A stretch of 62,459 nt of DNA, the filler included, from Leucoraja ocellata (Eukaryota), in the NCBI GenBank assembly GCA_036785375.1. It is 3 parts of 3 records of this genome, joined end to end, with 100 filler letters (N's around TTAATTAATTAA, not from the genome) between each part and the next. Parts side by side here need not be neighbours in the genome. Positions count along the whole stretch, not along the records: positions 27,131 to 55,909 come from JAWMAR010000217.1; 2 more parts are not named here. One strand, given 5' to 3'. This document shows, piece by piece, positions 35,966-47,444 of the stretch. The notes below the pieces were generated by a model, which was not told the origin of the DNA, did not search any database, and was given only the letters and a program-made list of their open reading frames with translations. The number at the start of each line of letters is the position of its first letter. Within the stretch, counting starts at the first letter, position 1. Both the position numbers and the translations under genes were made by a program.

Positions 35966-36453
35966 TTAGACCATTCAGCCATCGAGTCTACTCAGCTATT
36001 TAATTTATTTTTCTCCCCCAACACCATTCTCCTGCCTTCTCCCTGTAACTTAACAACCTTCCTAATCAAGAACATGTGAATCTCTACCTTAAAATAATCA
36101 ATGTCAGCCTCCATAGCTTTCTGTGGCAATGATTTCCACAGATTCGCCACCCTCTGACTAAAGTAATAACTCTTCATCTCCATTTTGAAGGTACGACTTT
36201 TATTCTGAGGCTGTGCCCTCTGGTTGTAGATGCAGAAAACATCCTTTCTACTTTATCTCGGCCTTTCATTATCTGATTAATGAGATTCCACCTTATCCTT
36301 TTAAATGCCAGCAAGTACAAGCTCAGAGCCTTCAAATGCTCTTCATACTTTAACCCAATTATACTCGGGATCATCGTGATAAACCTCTTCTGTACCCTCT
36401 CCAATGCCAACACATCCTTCCTCAAATATGGACCCCCAAACTGCTCACAATAC

Positions 36454-37213
36454 TATACAATAATACTTTATTAGCCAAGTATGTTTTGCAACATACGAGG
36501 AATTTCATTTCCCAATCAGTCATACAAATAAAAAGTAACAGAACACACAAAATACATTTTAACATAAACATCCACCACAGTGACTCCTCCACATTCCTCA
36601 CTGTGATGGAAGGCGAAAAAAAGTTCAATCTCTTCTCTTCTTTGTTCTCCTACGGTCAGGGGCCTCGAGCCTTCCGTTGACAGGACGATCTTGAATCCCG
36701 TATTTGGTGGAGCTTGGGGCCTCCACGACGGGGCGATCAAGCTCTCGCGTCGGGGGCGATGTCAGCTCCCCGCGCAGAGCAAACGGACCCCGGGTCGGGG
36801 CTGGTCAAACCTTCTGCGTCGTTGGAGCTGCCGACATCAACGGCCTCTCCCGAGACTGCGAGCTCTTGATGATAAAGTCCGCAGGCCGCGATTGGAGTGA
36901 TCCCAGCCAAGGGATCGGCTCCGACGGTAAGTCAACGCCCTGCGGTGGGGCTCAAAGTCAGTCGCGAAAAGGCCTCCAGCTCCACAATGTTAGGCCGCAG
37001 AGCGACCAGAGATATGATCCAGAAAACAATCGCATATCTCCGGCAAGGTAAGAGATTGAAAAACAAGTTTCCCCCGACCCTTTCCCCCTCCCCCCACAAA
37101 AAACAAGCCAGTGAACATTTACACACTTTTAAAACACACTAAAGATAACAAAAAAAGAAGAAAAAACAGACAGACTGTTGACGGGGCTGCCAATTGTGCG
37201 GCACCCTTGGTGG
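36454..37213 (-). mobile_element. GC-rich ~750-bp non-autonomous retroposon inserted in a CR1
   Basis: Minus 3' end ...catacttggctaataaagtat followed by a simple-repeat tail. Homologous to 53940-54675. Confidence 0.75.
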
Positions 37214-37851
37214 CGTTCCAGATATGCCAGATGTGGCCTCACCAGTGCCTGATAAAGCTGTAGAATTGCATCCTTGCTTTTATTTTCTAGTCCTCTCAAA
37301 AGTTACAGAGTAGATTTAGGAGGATGTTGTGAGAACTGGTGCAGAGAAGAATTACGAGGATGTTGTCAGGACTAGAGGGCCTGAGCTCTAGGGAGAGGTT
37401 CGGGAGGCTAGGACTCTATCCCTTGGAGCGCAGGAAGATGAGGGGTAATCTTATGGAGGTGCATAAAATCATGAGAGGAATAGATAGGGTAGACTTGCAG
37501 AGTCTCTCGCCCGGAGTTGGGGAATCAAGAGCCAGAGGACATACAGTGCATTCAGAAAGTATTCAGACCCCTTCACATTTTGTTACGTTACAGCCTTATT
37601 CTAAAATGGATTAAATTATTTTTTTTTATCATCAAGCTACACACAACACCCCATAATAAAAAAGCAAAAACAGGTTTAGAAATTTTTGCAAAGAAATAAC
37701 TGAAATATCACATGTATTCAGACCCTTTACTCAGTACTTTGTTGAGGCACCTTTGGCAGCGATTACAGCCTCAAGTCTTCTTGGGTATGACACTACAAAC
37801 TTGGCACACCTGTATTTGGGTAATTTCTCCCATTCTTCTCTGCAGAGACTC

Positions 37852-38403
37852 TCAAGCTCCTGCTGCTGAAAAACATCCCCACAGCATGATGCTGCCACCA
37901 CCATGCATCACCGTAGGCATGGTATTCACCAGGTGATGAGTGGTTCCTGGTTTCCTCCAGACGTGACACATGGCATTCAGGCCAAAGAGTTCAATCTTGG
38001 TTTCATCAGACCAGAGAATCTTGTTTCTCATGACTTTTGGCAAACTTCAAGCGGGCTGTCGTGTGCCTTTTACTGAGGAGTGGCTGCATGGTCACTCTAC
38101 CATAAAGGCCTGATTTGGTGGAGTGCTGCAGATATAGTTGTCCTTCTGGAATGTTCTCCCATCTCCACAGAGGAACTCTGGAGCTCTGTCAGTGACCATC
38201 AGGTTCTTGGTCACCTCCCTGACCAAGGCCCTTCTCCCCCAATTGCTCAGTTTGGCCGGGCGGCCAGCTCTATGAAGAGTCCTGGTGGTTCCAAAGTTCT
38301 TCCATTTTAGAATGACCGAGGCCACTGTTTTATACCCTTCCCCAGATTGGTTTCTCGACGCAATCCTGTCTTGGAGGTCTACTGCCAATTCCTTCGTCTT
38401 CAC
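37852..38403 (-). pseudogene. Tc1 transposase remnant (internally deleted and frameshifted)
   Basis: MKTKEL...SGEGYK...GRPAKLS...LVREVTKN, and [14 protein letters not shown]...[19 protein letters not shown]. Confidence 0.92.
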
Positions 38404-38709
38404 GGCTTGGTTTTTGCTCTGACATGCACTGTCAACTGTGGGACCTTATATAGACAGGTGTGAGTATTTCCAAATTATGTCCAATCAAATGAATTTACCA
38501 CTGGTGGTCTCCAATCAAGTTGTAGAAACATCTCAAGGATAATCAATGGAAACAGGATGGACCTAAGCTCAATTTTGTGTGTCATAGCAAAGGGTCTGAA
38601 TACATGTAAATGTGATATTTCAGTTATTTCTTTTTAATAACTTTGCAAAAATTTCTAAACATCTGTTATCCCTTCTTTAGTCTTGGTTATCGTGTGTACA
38701 TTGATGTCA

Positions 38710-39805
38710 AGTCAGATTCAGATTCAGATTCAGATTCAGATTCAACTTTAATTGTCATTGTCAGTGTACAGTACAAAGACAACGAAATGCAGTCAAGTCA
38801 AGATTGTTTATTGTCATGTGTTCCAGATAGGCCAATGAAATTCTTGCTTGCTGAAGCACAACAGAATATCGTAAGCAAAAATACAGAACAATTCAGTTCA
38901 ATATACACATAAATAAGCAGGTAAAGTGCAATAGGCTGTTACAGTTCAGAGTCTGTTTGTTGGTGAGTTTAATAGCCTGATGGCTGATGGGAAGAAGTTG
39001 TTCCTGTACCTGGAGGTAACAGATTTCAGGCTCCTGTACCTTCTGCCCGATGGTAGCGGATAGATGAGTGTGTGGCCTGGATGGTGTGGGTCCTTGATGA
39101 TGTTGACTGCCTTTTTGAGGCAGCGACTGTGATAGATCCATTCGATGGAGGGGAGGTCAGAGCTGGACTGGGCAGTGGTCACAACGTTCTGCATCCTTTT
39201 CCACTCCTGGACGCTCAAATTGCCGAATCAAGCCACAATGCAACAGGTCAGCATGCTCTCTACTGTGCACTTGTCGAAGTTTGAGAGAGTTTGAGAGAGT
39301 CCTCTTTGGCATACCGACTCTGCGTAGTCTTCTCAGAAAGTAGATGCGCCGATGTGCTTTCTTTATAATTGCAACAGTGTGCTGGGACCAGGAAAGATCT
39401 TTGGAAATGTGCACGCCCAGGAATATGAAGTGCTTGACCCTTTCCACCAATATAAATGGAATTGTGGGTCCCTAACCTACCCCTTCCAAAGTCCACAATC
39501 AGTTCCTTGGTTTTGCTGGTGTTGAGGGCCAGGTTATAGTGCTGGCACCATTTGGTCAATCGATCAATCTCACTTCTATACTCTGACTCATCCCCATCAG
39601 TGATTCGTCCCATAACAGTGGTGTTGTCAGCGAACGTGATGATGGAGTTCGCAATATGTCCGGCTACGCCATCATGAGTATAGAGTGAGTACAGCAGGGG
39701 GCTGAGCACGCAGCCTTGAGGTGCTCCCGTGCTGATTGTTATCGAGGATGACGCATTTCCACCAATACGGACAGACTGTGGTCTGTGGATGAGGAAGTCG
39801 AGGAT
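38710..39805 (-). mobile_element. Rex1/Babar LINE (RT C-terminal half plus 3' end)
   Basis: [19 protein letters not shown]...[11 protein letters not shown]...[13 protein letters not shown], and KDPHHPGHTL..PLPSGRRYRS. Confidence 0.92.
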
Positions 39806-40319
39806 ATAAAAAAATGAATTTAATCAATTTTAAAATGAGGTTGTAACGTAACAAAATGTGGAAAAAGTGAAGGGGTCTGAATACTTTTTGAATGCACTGT
39901 AGGTTTAAGGTGAGGGAGGAAAGATTTAAAATAGGAATCTGAGCGGTAACTTTTTCCACACAAAGGTGTATGGAACGAGCTACCACAGGAGGTGGTTCAG
40001 GCAGATACAATTGGTACGTTTAAGAAACATTTACACTGGTACATGGATAGGATAGGTTTAGAGGGATATGGGCCAAATGCAGGCAGGTGGGACGAGTATA
40101 GATGGGGCATTGGCAGATGTGGGCAAGTTGGGCCAAACGGCCTGTTTCCACGCTGTAGGACTATAAATAAATACCAGAATCGCATTTGCCTTCCTTACCA
40201 CCAACTCAACTTGCAAACTAACCAAAGATAGACACAAAAAGCTGGAGGAACTCAGACAGTGTCTCTGGAGAAAAGGAATAGGTGACGTATTCCCAAGTCC
40301 CTTTCCACTCCGCAATTAG

Positions 40320-41225
40320 AAAGTAATCTACACCTTTATTCCTTCTACCAAAGGATTTATTCCATTTGCCATTTCTTTGCCCATAATATCAACCTATCCA
40401 AGTCCTTCTGCAGCCTCAACACTAAAAGACAGCTCCTCTACCTATTTTTTTTATTATTTATTTTTTTTATTTTACATCGGTTGGAAGCTGCATACTAAAT
40501 CTGGTTGCACTAATGTGCAATGACAATAAAATATATTATTATTATTATTATTTTACATCATCTGCAAAGCCATCAATTCCGTCACCCAGATAATTAACAT
40601 ATAATGTGAAAAGTAGCAGACCCAACTCAACCCCGTGCAACACCACTTGCCACCAGCAGCCAACCAGAAAAGTTTCCCTTTATTCCCACTCTTTGCCTTC
40701 TGCCAGTCAGCCCATCGTCTATCCATCATCTATTCATGCTAGTACCTTGCCTCTAATACCATGGGTTACTATCTTGTTTAGCAGCCTCACATATGGCACT
40801 TTGTCAAAGGCCTTCTGAAAATTCACGTAAACAACATCAACTGGCTCTCCTTTGTCTATCTTGCATGTTGCCGCCTCAAAAAAACTCCTACAAATTTGTC
40901 AGGCAAGGTCTCTCCTTAACAAAACCATGCCAATTTTATCGTGTGCTTCCAAGTACCCCAAAACCTCATCCTTAATAATGGGCTTAAATTTTACCAACCA
41001 CCGAAGTCAGACAAACTGGGCTATCAGTTCCTTTTTTTGCCTTGCTCCCTTGTACAACAGTGGAGTTACATTTGCAATGTTCCAGTCCGCTGGACCCATT
41101 CTTGATTCTAGTTATTCTTGAAAGATCGCAACTAATGCCTCCACAATCTCCACTACTGCCTTTTTCAGAACCCTGGAGTGTAGTCCATCTGGTCCAGGGT
41201 GACTTAAACCACCTTCAGAACTTTC
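40320..41225 (-). mobile_element. Old CR1 RT fragment
   Basis: PGPDGLHSRVLK..VEIVEAL..IFQ on the minus strand, plus FQKAFDKVPY-like sequence. Confidence 0.75.
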
Positions 41226-42130
41226 GCTGTTCCGAGCGCCTTCTCCTAATTTTAACATTCTGCATATTGTGTACAATTGCAAAAATTCCTGAACCATAAA
41301 AATGAACACGTAATAAATAAAAGTTCAATTAAAATCAGCAAATAAAAAAACTGAAAATGTAAATTTTGATAAACTACAGACTGAGGAATCCTAAGTTATT
41401 ATTGACTTTACGAAGCTTAGAAATATTAATTAGACCTGAAATAAAAAAAATAAAATGCTGGAAATATTCGAATGGTTGGACCACAACAGTGGAGAGGTAA
41501 ATAAAGTTACCATTTCAGGTGAAATCTGAAACATCAAGTGTTTTTCTCTCTGTTGATGCTGATTGTCCATTTTCTGATTTGATTTCTGTCTTTCAGCATT
41601 GGCAGCTTTTTACCCTTGCTGATTGAATTTTACTCTAAATCTATATTTTGGAATGCAATAAATTGTGTTCTTACATAGTATAAGAACCAACAATGTTTTT
41701 AAACATCTGTAAGCACTTGCAAAGAATGTTTAATATTTTGCCAAGAATGTGCAGAATAATTAAACAATAAAAACACTTGTATTTATTAAAACTAGAAATG
41801 AAACCTAAAATAAATTTTTAAAAAGCATTTATATTGCTTCCACCCTTCAAACAATATAAAATCCCTGAACTTAAGCTGACAGCCAGTTAACCTAGTAACC
41901 CCACTCAATTCCATTCTTTGTTGGTTAGTAATGTTACTGAAAGCTCTTTTCATTATATGTTAAAAGCTTGCAGACTGTCAACCCAAACTTGCACTTAGCT
42001 TGTAGCCTCCTTTAGAGTCGACAACACATGCTGTGTTTTATGTTGCAGATTTTTGCCCCGAAAGAAAATGACTACCTGTCTACTACTATCAGTAAATGCA
42101 TCGTATTATTTAGCATACTCAGTAATACAG

Positions 42131-42147
42131 AGTGCCACCTGCTGGTA
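42131..42147 (-). promoter_or_regulatory. Consensus CTCF binding motif
   Basis: Minus strand CCAGCAGGTGGCAC is a full match to CCASYAGRKGGCRS, in unique AT-rich DNA. Confidence 0.55.
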
Positions 42148-43129
42148 TAGAAACTGAATTTGAAAAAATAAATTCAGTCTTGTTCTGAAGAATGCTAGTA
42201 TTGTTCATTGCGCATTCATGGATTATTCAAAAATACAAACCATTTTTTGTATCAGGGAAAGAAAAGGAGTGAGAAATTCTGCTCTATTCTGCATATCTCT
42301 ACAATTTTAATTGAAAACATGGAAAGTTCAATTACAGAAAAGAAAGACTCCCTCACGAAAGAGAGTGAACAAATAAGCCAAGCTTCATAATATGAAATAA
42401 TAATTTAGTTGAACGTTTTGTGGCTAATGTTAGATAGGTGTAGATAGATTTAACTGCCCCCACTTCCTCTTTGCCCGTCTCTCAATTAATTTAACTTTTA
42501 GGTAACAGTCTAATTCTCTTTAAACGACATGAGCAGCTTCTACCCCTCCATGCGGTAATATTTCAGATTCTTCCATTTGGAAAAAAAATCTCCTTAATTC
42601 ATAACTTGAGAGGATTTACTTGACATAAATTTGATTACATATTATTGTAAAAGAACATTTAAAAAAACAATTAGTCTTTCTTTTTAAAAAAAAACGTAGA
42701 TCTTGGGATTTGTAAGTGCTTTGGTAAGTTGTTTTTGGTAAATGTTTGATCATTAGTACTAAATGTGAACAACAAATGTTTTGAATAGCTTTCCTCCCCC
42801 AACTGCTTAATATGTATGTCAAAAACATCTTATTCTAGTTTGTTAATTCTATAGATATTAAGCAATAGAAAGTCATAACAGAATGTTAAATACTGAGTGT
42901 AGAAGATTTCAGAAGTGTATATATAGATATCTAGTTTAAAAAAAATGTTCTCATCTTTTAAATAAACAAAACATTGCTGTTGGTTTAGATTGCAAGTGCA
43001 GCCTGCAATTTGGTTTTTACGCTTAGTAAAGAATCTTCACCTAAAACCTCAATATTCTGGTCTTGTTATAGTATACTAAGATTTACATCATCAAAGTTTG
43101 TTTTAAAAATGATTTTTTTCACAACCATT

Positions 43130-43135
43130 TTTATT
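43130..43135 (-). terminator. Candidate polyadenylation signal AATAAA for the minus-strand gene
   Basis: ~95 nt downstream of the TAA at 43230-43232. An alternative lies at 41782-41787. Confidence 0.3.
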
Positions 43136-43229
43136 TGGTAATTTAGAAGTTTTTCCATAGTTATACAATTCAATTGTGAAAGCAGAAAATTATGATCTAT
43201 TTACCAACCAGATCTGTACACTGATTTCT

Positions 43230-43314
43230 TTAGTGCCTCCTCTGTCCAAAAAGCCTCGCGTTTGGACCACCCAAGTAACTCTTTGTCTCTTCCAGTTGCT
43301 GCTTGAAAACATTC
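43230..43314 (-). CDS. Putative terminal coding exon of an unidentified host gene: (R)NVFKQQLEETKSYLGGPNARLFGQRRH*
   Basis: Acceptor gtttcttttcag|G, phase 2. GC-richer coding-like island in AT-rich unique DNA. Phase matches exon 51265-51315. Confidence 0.6.
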
Positions 43315-43768
43315 CTGAAAAGAAACTCCATCCTGCCTTTGTTTTTTGTAATTGTGCGTTTGCATTTGCAGCATCAAGTTTTGTCAAATTACAGTATACC
43401 CTAGAAAATACCTTAAAATCACATATTACACATATTAACTTGCAAACGTTATCAAAATAAGAACATTTCTTATTCCTTATTCTGAGGCGGAATATTTGGT
43501 AACTAATGGAAAATTTGAACATGAAGAACTATCCATGCATGTCACAAAATTAGCAGTTTACATGTCAAGTTTATTAAACTGAAAACAGATAGTTTCATGA
43601 TAAATATTAATTACTCATCACCAAAATTACCTTCACAAAGAATACCTAGCTAAGATATCTCAAGATAAATGCTGATTTTGATATGACTTTATCAAATATA
43701 AATCAGCATGATAAATTACCCACTGCCATTTGTTTGAAAAGAGGTAGAAACCAATAAGGATATTCATA

Positions 43769-44023
43769 GGTACACAAAAATGCTGGAGAAACTCAGCGGG
43801 TGCAGCAGCATCTATGGAGCGAAGGAAATAGGTAACATTTCGGGCCAAAATCCTTCTTCAGACTGATAGGGGGTGGCGGGGAGAAGGAAGGAAAAAGGAG
43901 GAGGAGGAGCCCGAGGGCTGGGGGATGGGAGGAGAGCCCGAGGGCTGAGGAAGGGGAAGAGACAGCAAGGGCAAACAAAATTGGGAGAATTCAATGTTCA
44001 TGCCCGCAGGATGCAGACTCCCC
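43769..44023 (-). mobile_element. Short PLE 3' fragment with degenerate hammerhead
   Basis: PLE tail, C-rich tract and ORF end. TSD aagga(t/c)attcata on both sides. Confidence 0.85.
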
Positions 44024-44217
44024 AAGGACATTCATAACTTGGTTTACCATTCTTAATTACATTAATATTTTGTTTTCGTCTAAAATCTTCATTCTTAAAG
44101 AAAATATTGTTTTAATGTTTTATGTCTATTGAGAATGTTATTGTTCTCCTCATTATTTTTGTTACTTCCGTTCATTGTAGAATTAATCCCAATGAAAGAA
44201 TGAGGGAATGAGGTAAC

Positions 44218-45982
44218 AGGGTGGCACGCTCTCGCAACGGTAGTGTTGCTCCGTTATAACGCTTGCAGCGCCAGAGACGTGGGTTCGATCTCGACTATGG
44301 GTGCTGTCTGTACGGAGATTGTACATTCTCCCCATGACCGAATGGGTTTTCTCTAAGATCTTAGATTTCCTCCCACACTCCAAAGACGTACAAGTTTACT
44401 TGGTATAAGTGTAAATTGTCCATAGTATGTGTAGGATAGTGTTAATAGAAACATAGAAACATAGAAGTTAGGTGCAGGAGTAGGCCATTCGGCCCTTCGA
44501 GCCTGCACCGCCATTCAATATGATCATGGCTGATCATCTAACTCAGTATCCCGTACCTGCCTTCTCTCCATACCCTCTGATCCCCTTAGCCACAAGGGCC
44601 ACATCTAACTCCCTCTTAAATATAGCCAATGAACTGGCCTCAACTACCCTCTGTGGCAGAGAGTTCCAGAGATTCACCACTCTCTGTGTGAAAAACGTTC
44701 TTCTCATCTCGGTTTTAAAGGATTTCCCCTTATCCTTAAGCTGTGACCCCTTGTCCTGGACTTTCCCAACATCGGGAACAATCTTCCTGCATCTAGCCTG
44801 TCCAACCCCTTAAGAATTTTGTATGTTTCTATAAGATCCCCTCTCAATCTCCTAAATTCTAGAGAGTATAAACCAAGTCTATCCAGTCTTTCTTCATAAG
44901 ACAGTCCTGACATCCCAGGAATCAGTCTGGTGAACCTTCTCTGCACTCCCTCTTGGCAATAATGTCCTTCCTCAGATTTGGAGACCAAAACTGTACGCAA
45001 TACTCCAGGTGTGGTCTCACCAAGACCCTGTACAACTGCAGTAGAACCTCCCTGCTCCTATATTCAAATCCTTTTGCTATGAAAGCCAACATACCATTCA
45101 CTTTCTTTACTGCCTGCTGCACCTGCATGCCTACCTTCAATGACTGGTGTACCATGACACCCAGGTCTCGCTGCATCTCCCCCTTTCCCAATCGGCCACC
45201 ATTTAGATAATAGTCTGCTTCCCCGTTTTTGCAACCAAAATGGATAGCCTCACATTTATCCACATTATACTGCATCTGCCAAACATTTGCCCACTCACCC
45301 AGCCTATCCAAGTCACCTTGCAGTCTCCTAGCATCCTCCTCACGCCTAACACTGCCCCCCAGCTTAGTGTCATCCACAAACTTGGAGATATTGCCTTCAA
45401 TTCCCTCATCCAGATCATTAATATATATTGTAAATAGCTGGGGTCCCAGCACTGAGCCTTGCGGTACCCCTCTAGTCACTGCCTGCCATTGTGAAAAGGA
45501 CCCCGTTTACTCCTACTCCTACTCTTTGCTTCCTGTTTGCCAGCCAGTTCTCTATCCACATCAATACTGAACCCCCAATGCCGTGTGCTTTAAGTTTGTA
45601 TACTAATCTCTTATGTGGGACCTTGTTGAAAACCTTCTGGAAGTCCAGTTACATCCTCGAAAAATTCTATAAGATTCGTCAGACATGATTTACCTTTCGT
45701 AAATCCATGCTGACTTTGTCCAATGATTTCACCACTTTCCAAATGTGCTGCTATCCCATCTTTAATAACTGACTCTAGCAGTTTCCCCACTACCGATGTT
45801 AGACTATCTGGTCAGTTATTCCCCGTTTTCTCTCTCCCTCCCTTCTTAAAAAGTGGGGTTACGTTTGCTACCCGCCAATCCTCTGGAACTACTCCAGAAT
45901 AATGTGTGGGGATCGCTGGTTGGCGCGGATTCGGTGGGCTGAAGGGCCTGTTTCCATGCTGTATCTCTAAACTAAACTAAAA
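44218..45982 (+). mobile_element. V-SINE split by a 1.45-kb CR1 insertion
   Basis: Head and V-domain at 44218-44445; the tail resumes at 45901 (aatgtgtggggatcgctgg). Confidence 0.85.
44446..45900 (-). mobile_element. CR1 (HER1-like) LINE, RT domain to 3' end
   Basis: ORF 44922-45479 [20 protein letters not shown]...FVDDTKL...[13 protein letters not shown], with a (tttctatg)n tail. Confidence 0.95.
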
Positions 45983-46769
45983 AGAGGGGAAAATAATTTT
46001 GCTGTCCCACACATATAACTGCTCATATACGTTCAATTCCTCTGAATCAGGATAACTTATCATCCCAATATCCCACCATTGGCAGCTGTGAAATGAAATT
46101 CCCTGCTAAGATCTTGCCATTGAAAGAAAACACTACATTTTGTAACACCTTTGATGAGATCAGAATGCAAAGAGAGGCCTAGGCCTAAAACCTCATCTGA
46201 AAGATGCCAACTCTGAAAATGTAACACTTCCTCAGTACTTTAATGGAGCACTCAGCTGAATAAGAATGGTGTAGATGTGCTGTGAACAACATAGATGCAT
46301 TGAACACTCTGAACAAACATAAGAGGGAAAACATATCAAGTTACATTGGTAGATATGGAAGAAATAAAGATGAGTAGAGCATAACAGCAGCATAGACTGG
46401 TTGGGTGAAATGACTAGAACTCTGCTGTTTATGCCAGGACTATGGAACACTTGACTGCAATTTTAAGGGAACACTCTATTGATTGAAATGTTACTTGCAT
46501 GTGATAGTATACTGAGTTCCCAGTCTTAAGACCATAAGTCATAGGAGCAGGAGAAGGTCATTCAGCCCTTTGAGTCTGCCGTCATTCGATCGTGGGTGAT
46601 CTATTTTTCCCTCTCAACCCTTTTCTCCTGCCTTCTCCCCATGACATTTGACACCCTTGCTAACCAAAAACCTATCAATCAATCTCTGCTTTAAAAATAC
46701 CCAATGACTTGGCTTCCACAGCCATCTGTGGTAATTAATTCCACATTCATCATGTGAATATATAAGTTA

Positions 46770-47444
46770 CTAGACTAAGTGGGACCCGCTGGGTCCCAGC
46801 ATCACATGGGAGGGCTGGTCCCCCAACGCAATATTCCACCTCCCCACCAATTCCAATATTGGTGGCGCTAGTACGGGTGTGGGCTGAAGGGACTGGTTTC
46901 CAGAGGGCTAGTATGGACATTGTGGGCCGAATGGATTCTTGGGCTGGCGGCTCAGTCACTCAAGCTTGGTGTGGTGGCAGCTCACTCACTCACGGCTGGT
47001 GAGCTGGCAGTTGACTCACGACTATTCCTTGAAATTCCATTTCAAACAGGGTGCAAGGCCACCAAATTCACGTGCAGTTTCATACCATTTCAAGTAGGGT
47101 GCAAGGCCACTAAAGACAACGAGTCGTGACCTCTCCCTCCTCCATCCTGCAGAGACTGAGCCACGCCCACACTTCTGGGTTTTATAGTGCCTCCCCCCCT
47201 CCCACCAGAATGGGCGTGGCCTTCATGGCATTAATGACAGGAGAGAGAGAGAGTCTCAACATTTATTAAACACTAATAACTCTTTTATTTTTCATCGATG
47301 GGAAAAGAAATCGGCACCTGATGAGCGGAAGGGGACTCTGAGTAAGATGGCCAAAAATCACAGCCAGACGTGGTAACGTTTTCTCTAAAATCAATATAAA
47401 GCACAAAAAGGAAGTGGTCAAGATTAGACTTTTAATTATATAGA
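46770..47444 (-). mobile_element. Non-autonomous Helitron
   Basis: 5' TCTATATAATTAAAAG. 3' hairpin GGGACCC-agc-GGGTCCC then acttagtCTAG|T. No TSD. Confidence 0.8.

Larger units (their letters stand above)
37544..39899 (-). mobile_element. Tc1/mariner (IR/DR type) DNA transposon relic, interrupted by Rex1
   Basis: TA|cagtgcattcagaaagtattcagacccctt ... aaggggtctgaatactttttgaatgcactg|TA within a CR1. Inner DRs tattcagaccc at ~37715 and gggtctgaata at ~38592. Confidence 0.95.

Noticed and set aside
43190-43522. 110-aa minus ORF and 94-aa plus ORF (43176-43460) as genes
   Set aside because: They have no recognisable domain. A different minus frame with a proper acceptor and a phase-matched upstream exon explains the island better.
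44446-45900. Intact autonomous LINE or domesticated RT gene
   Set aside because: All CR1, Rex1 and PLE copies are truncated and frameshifted.
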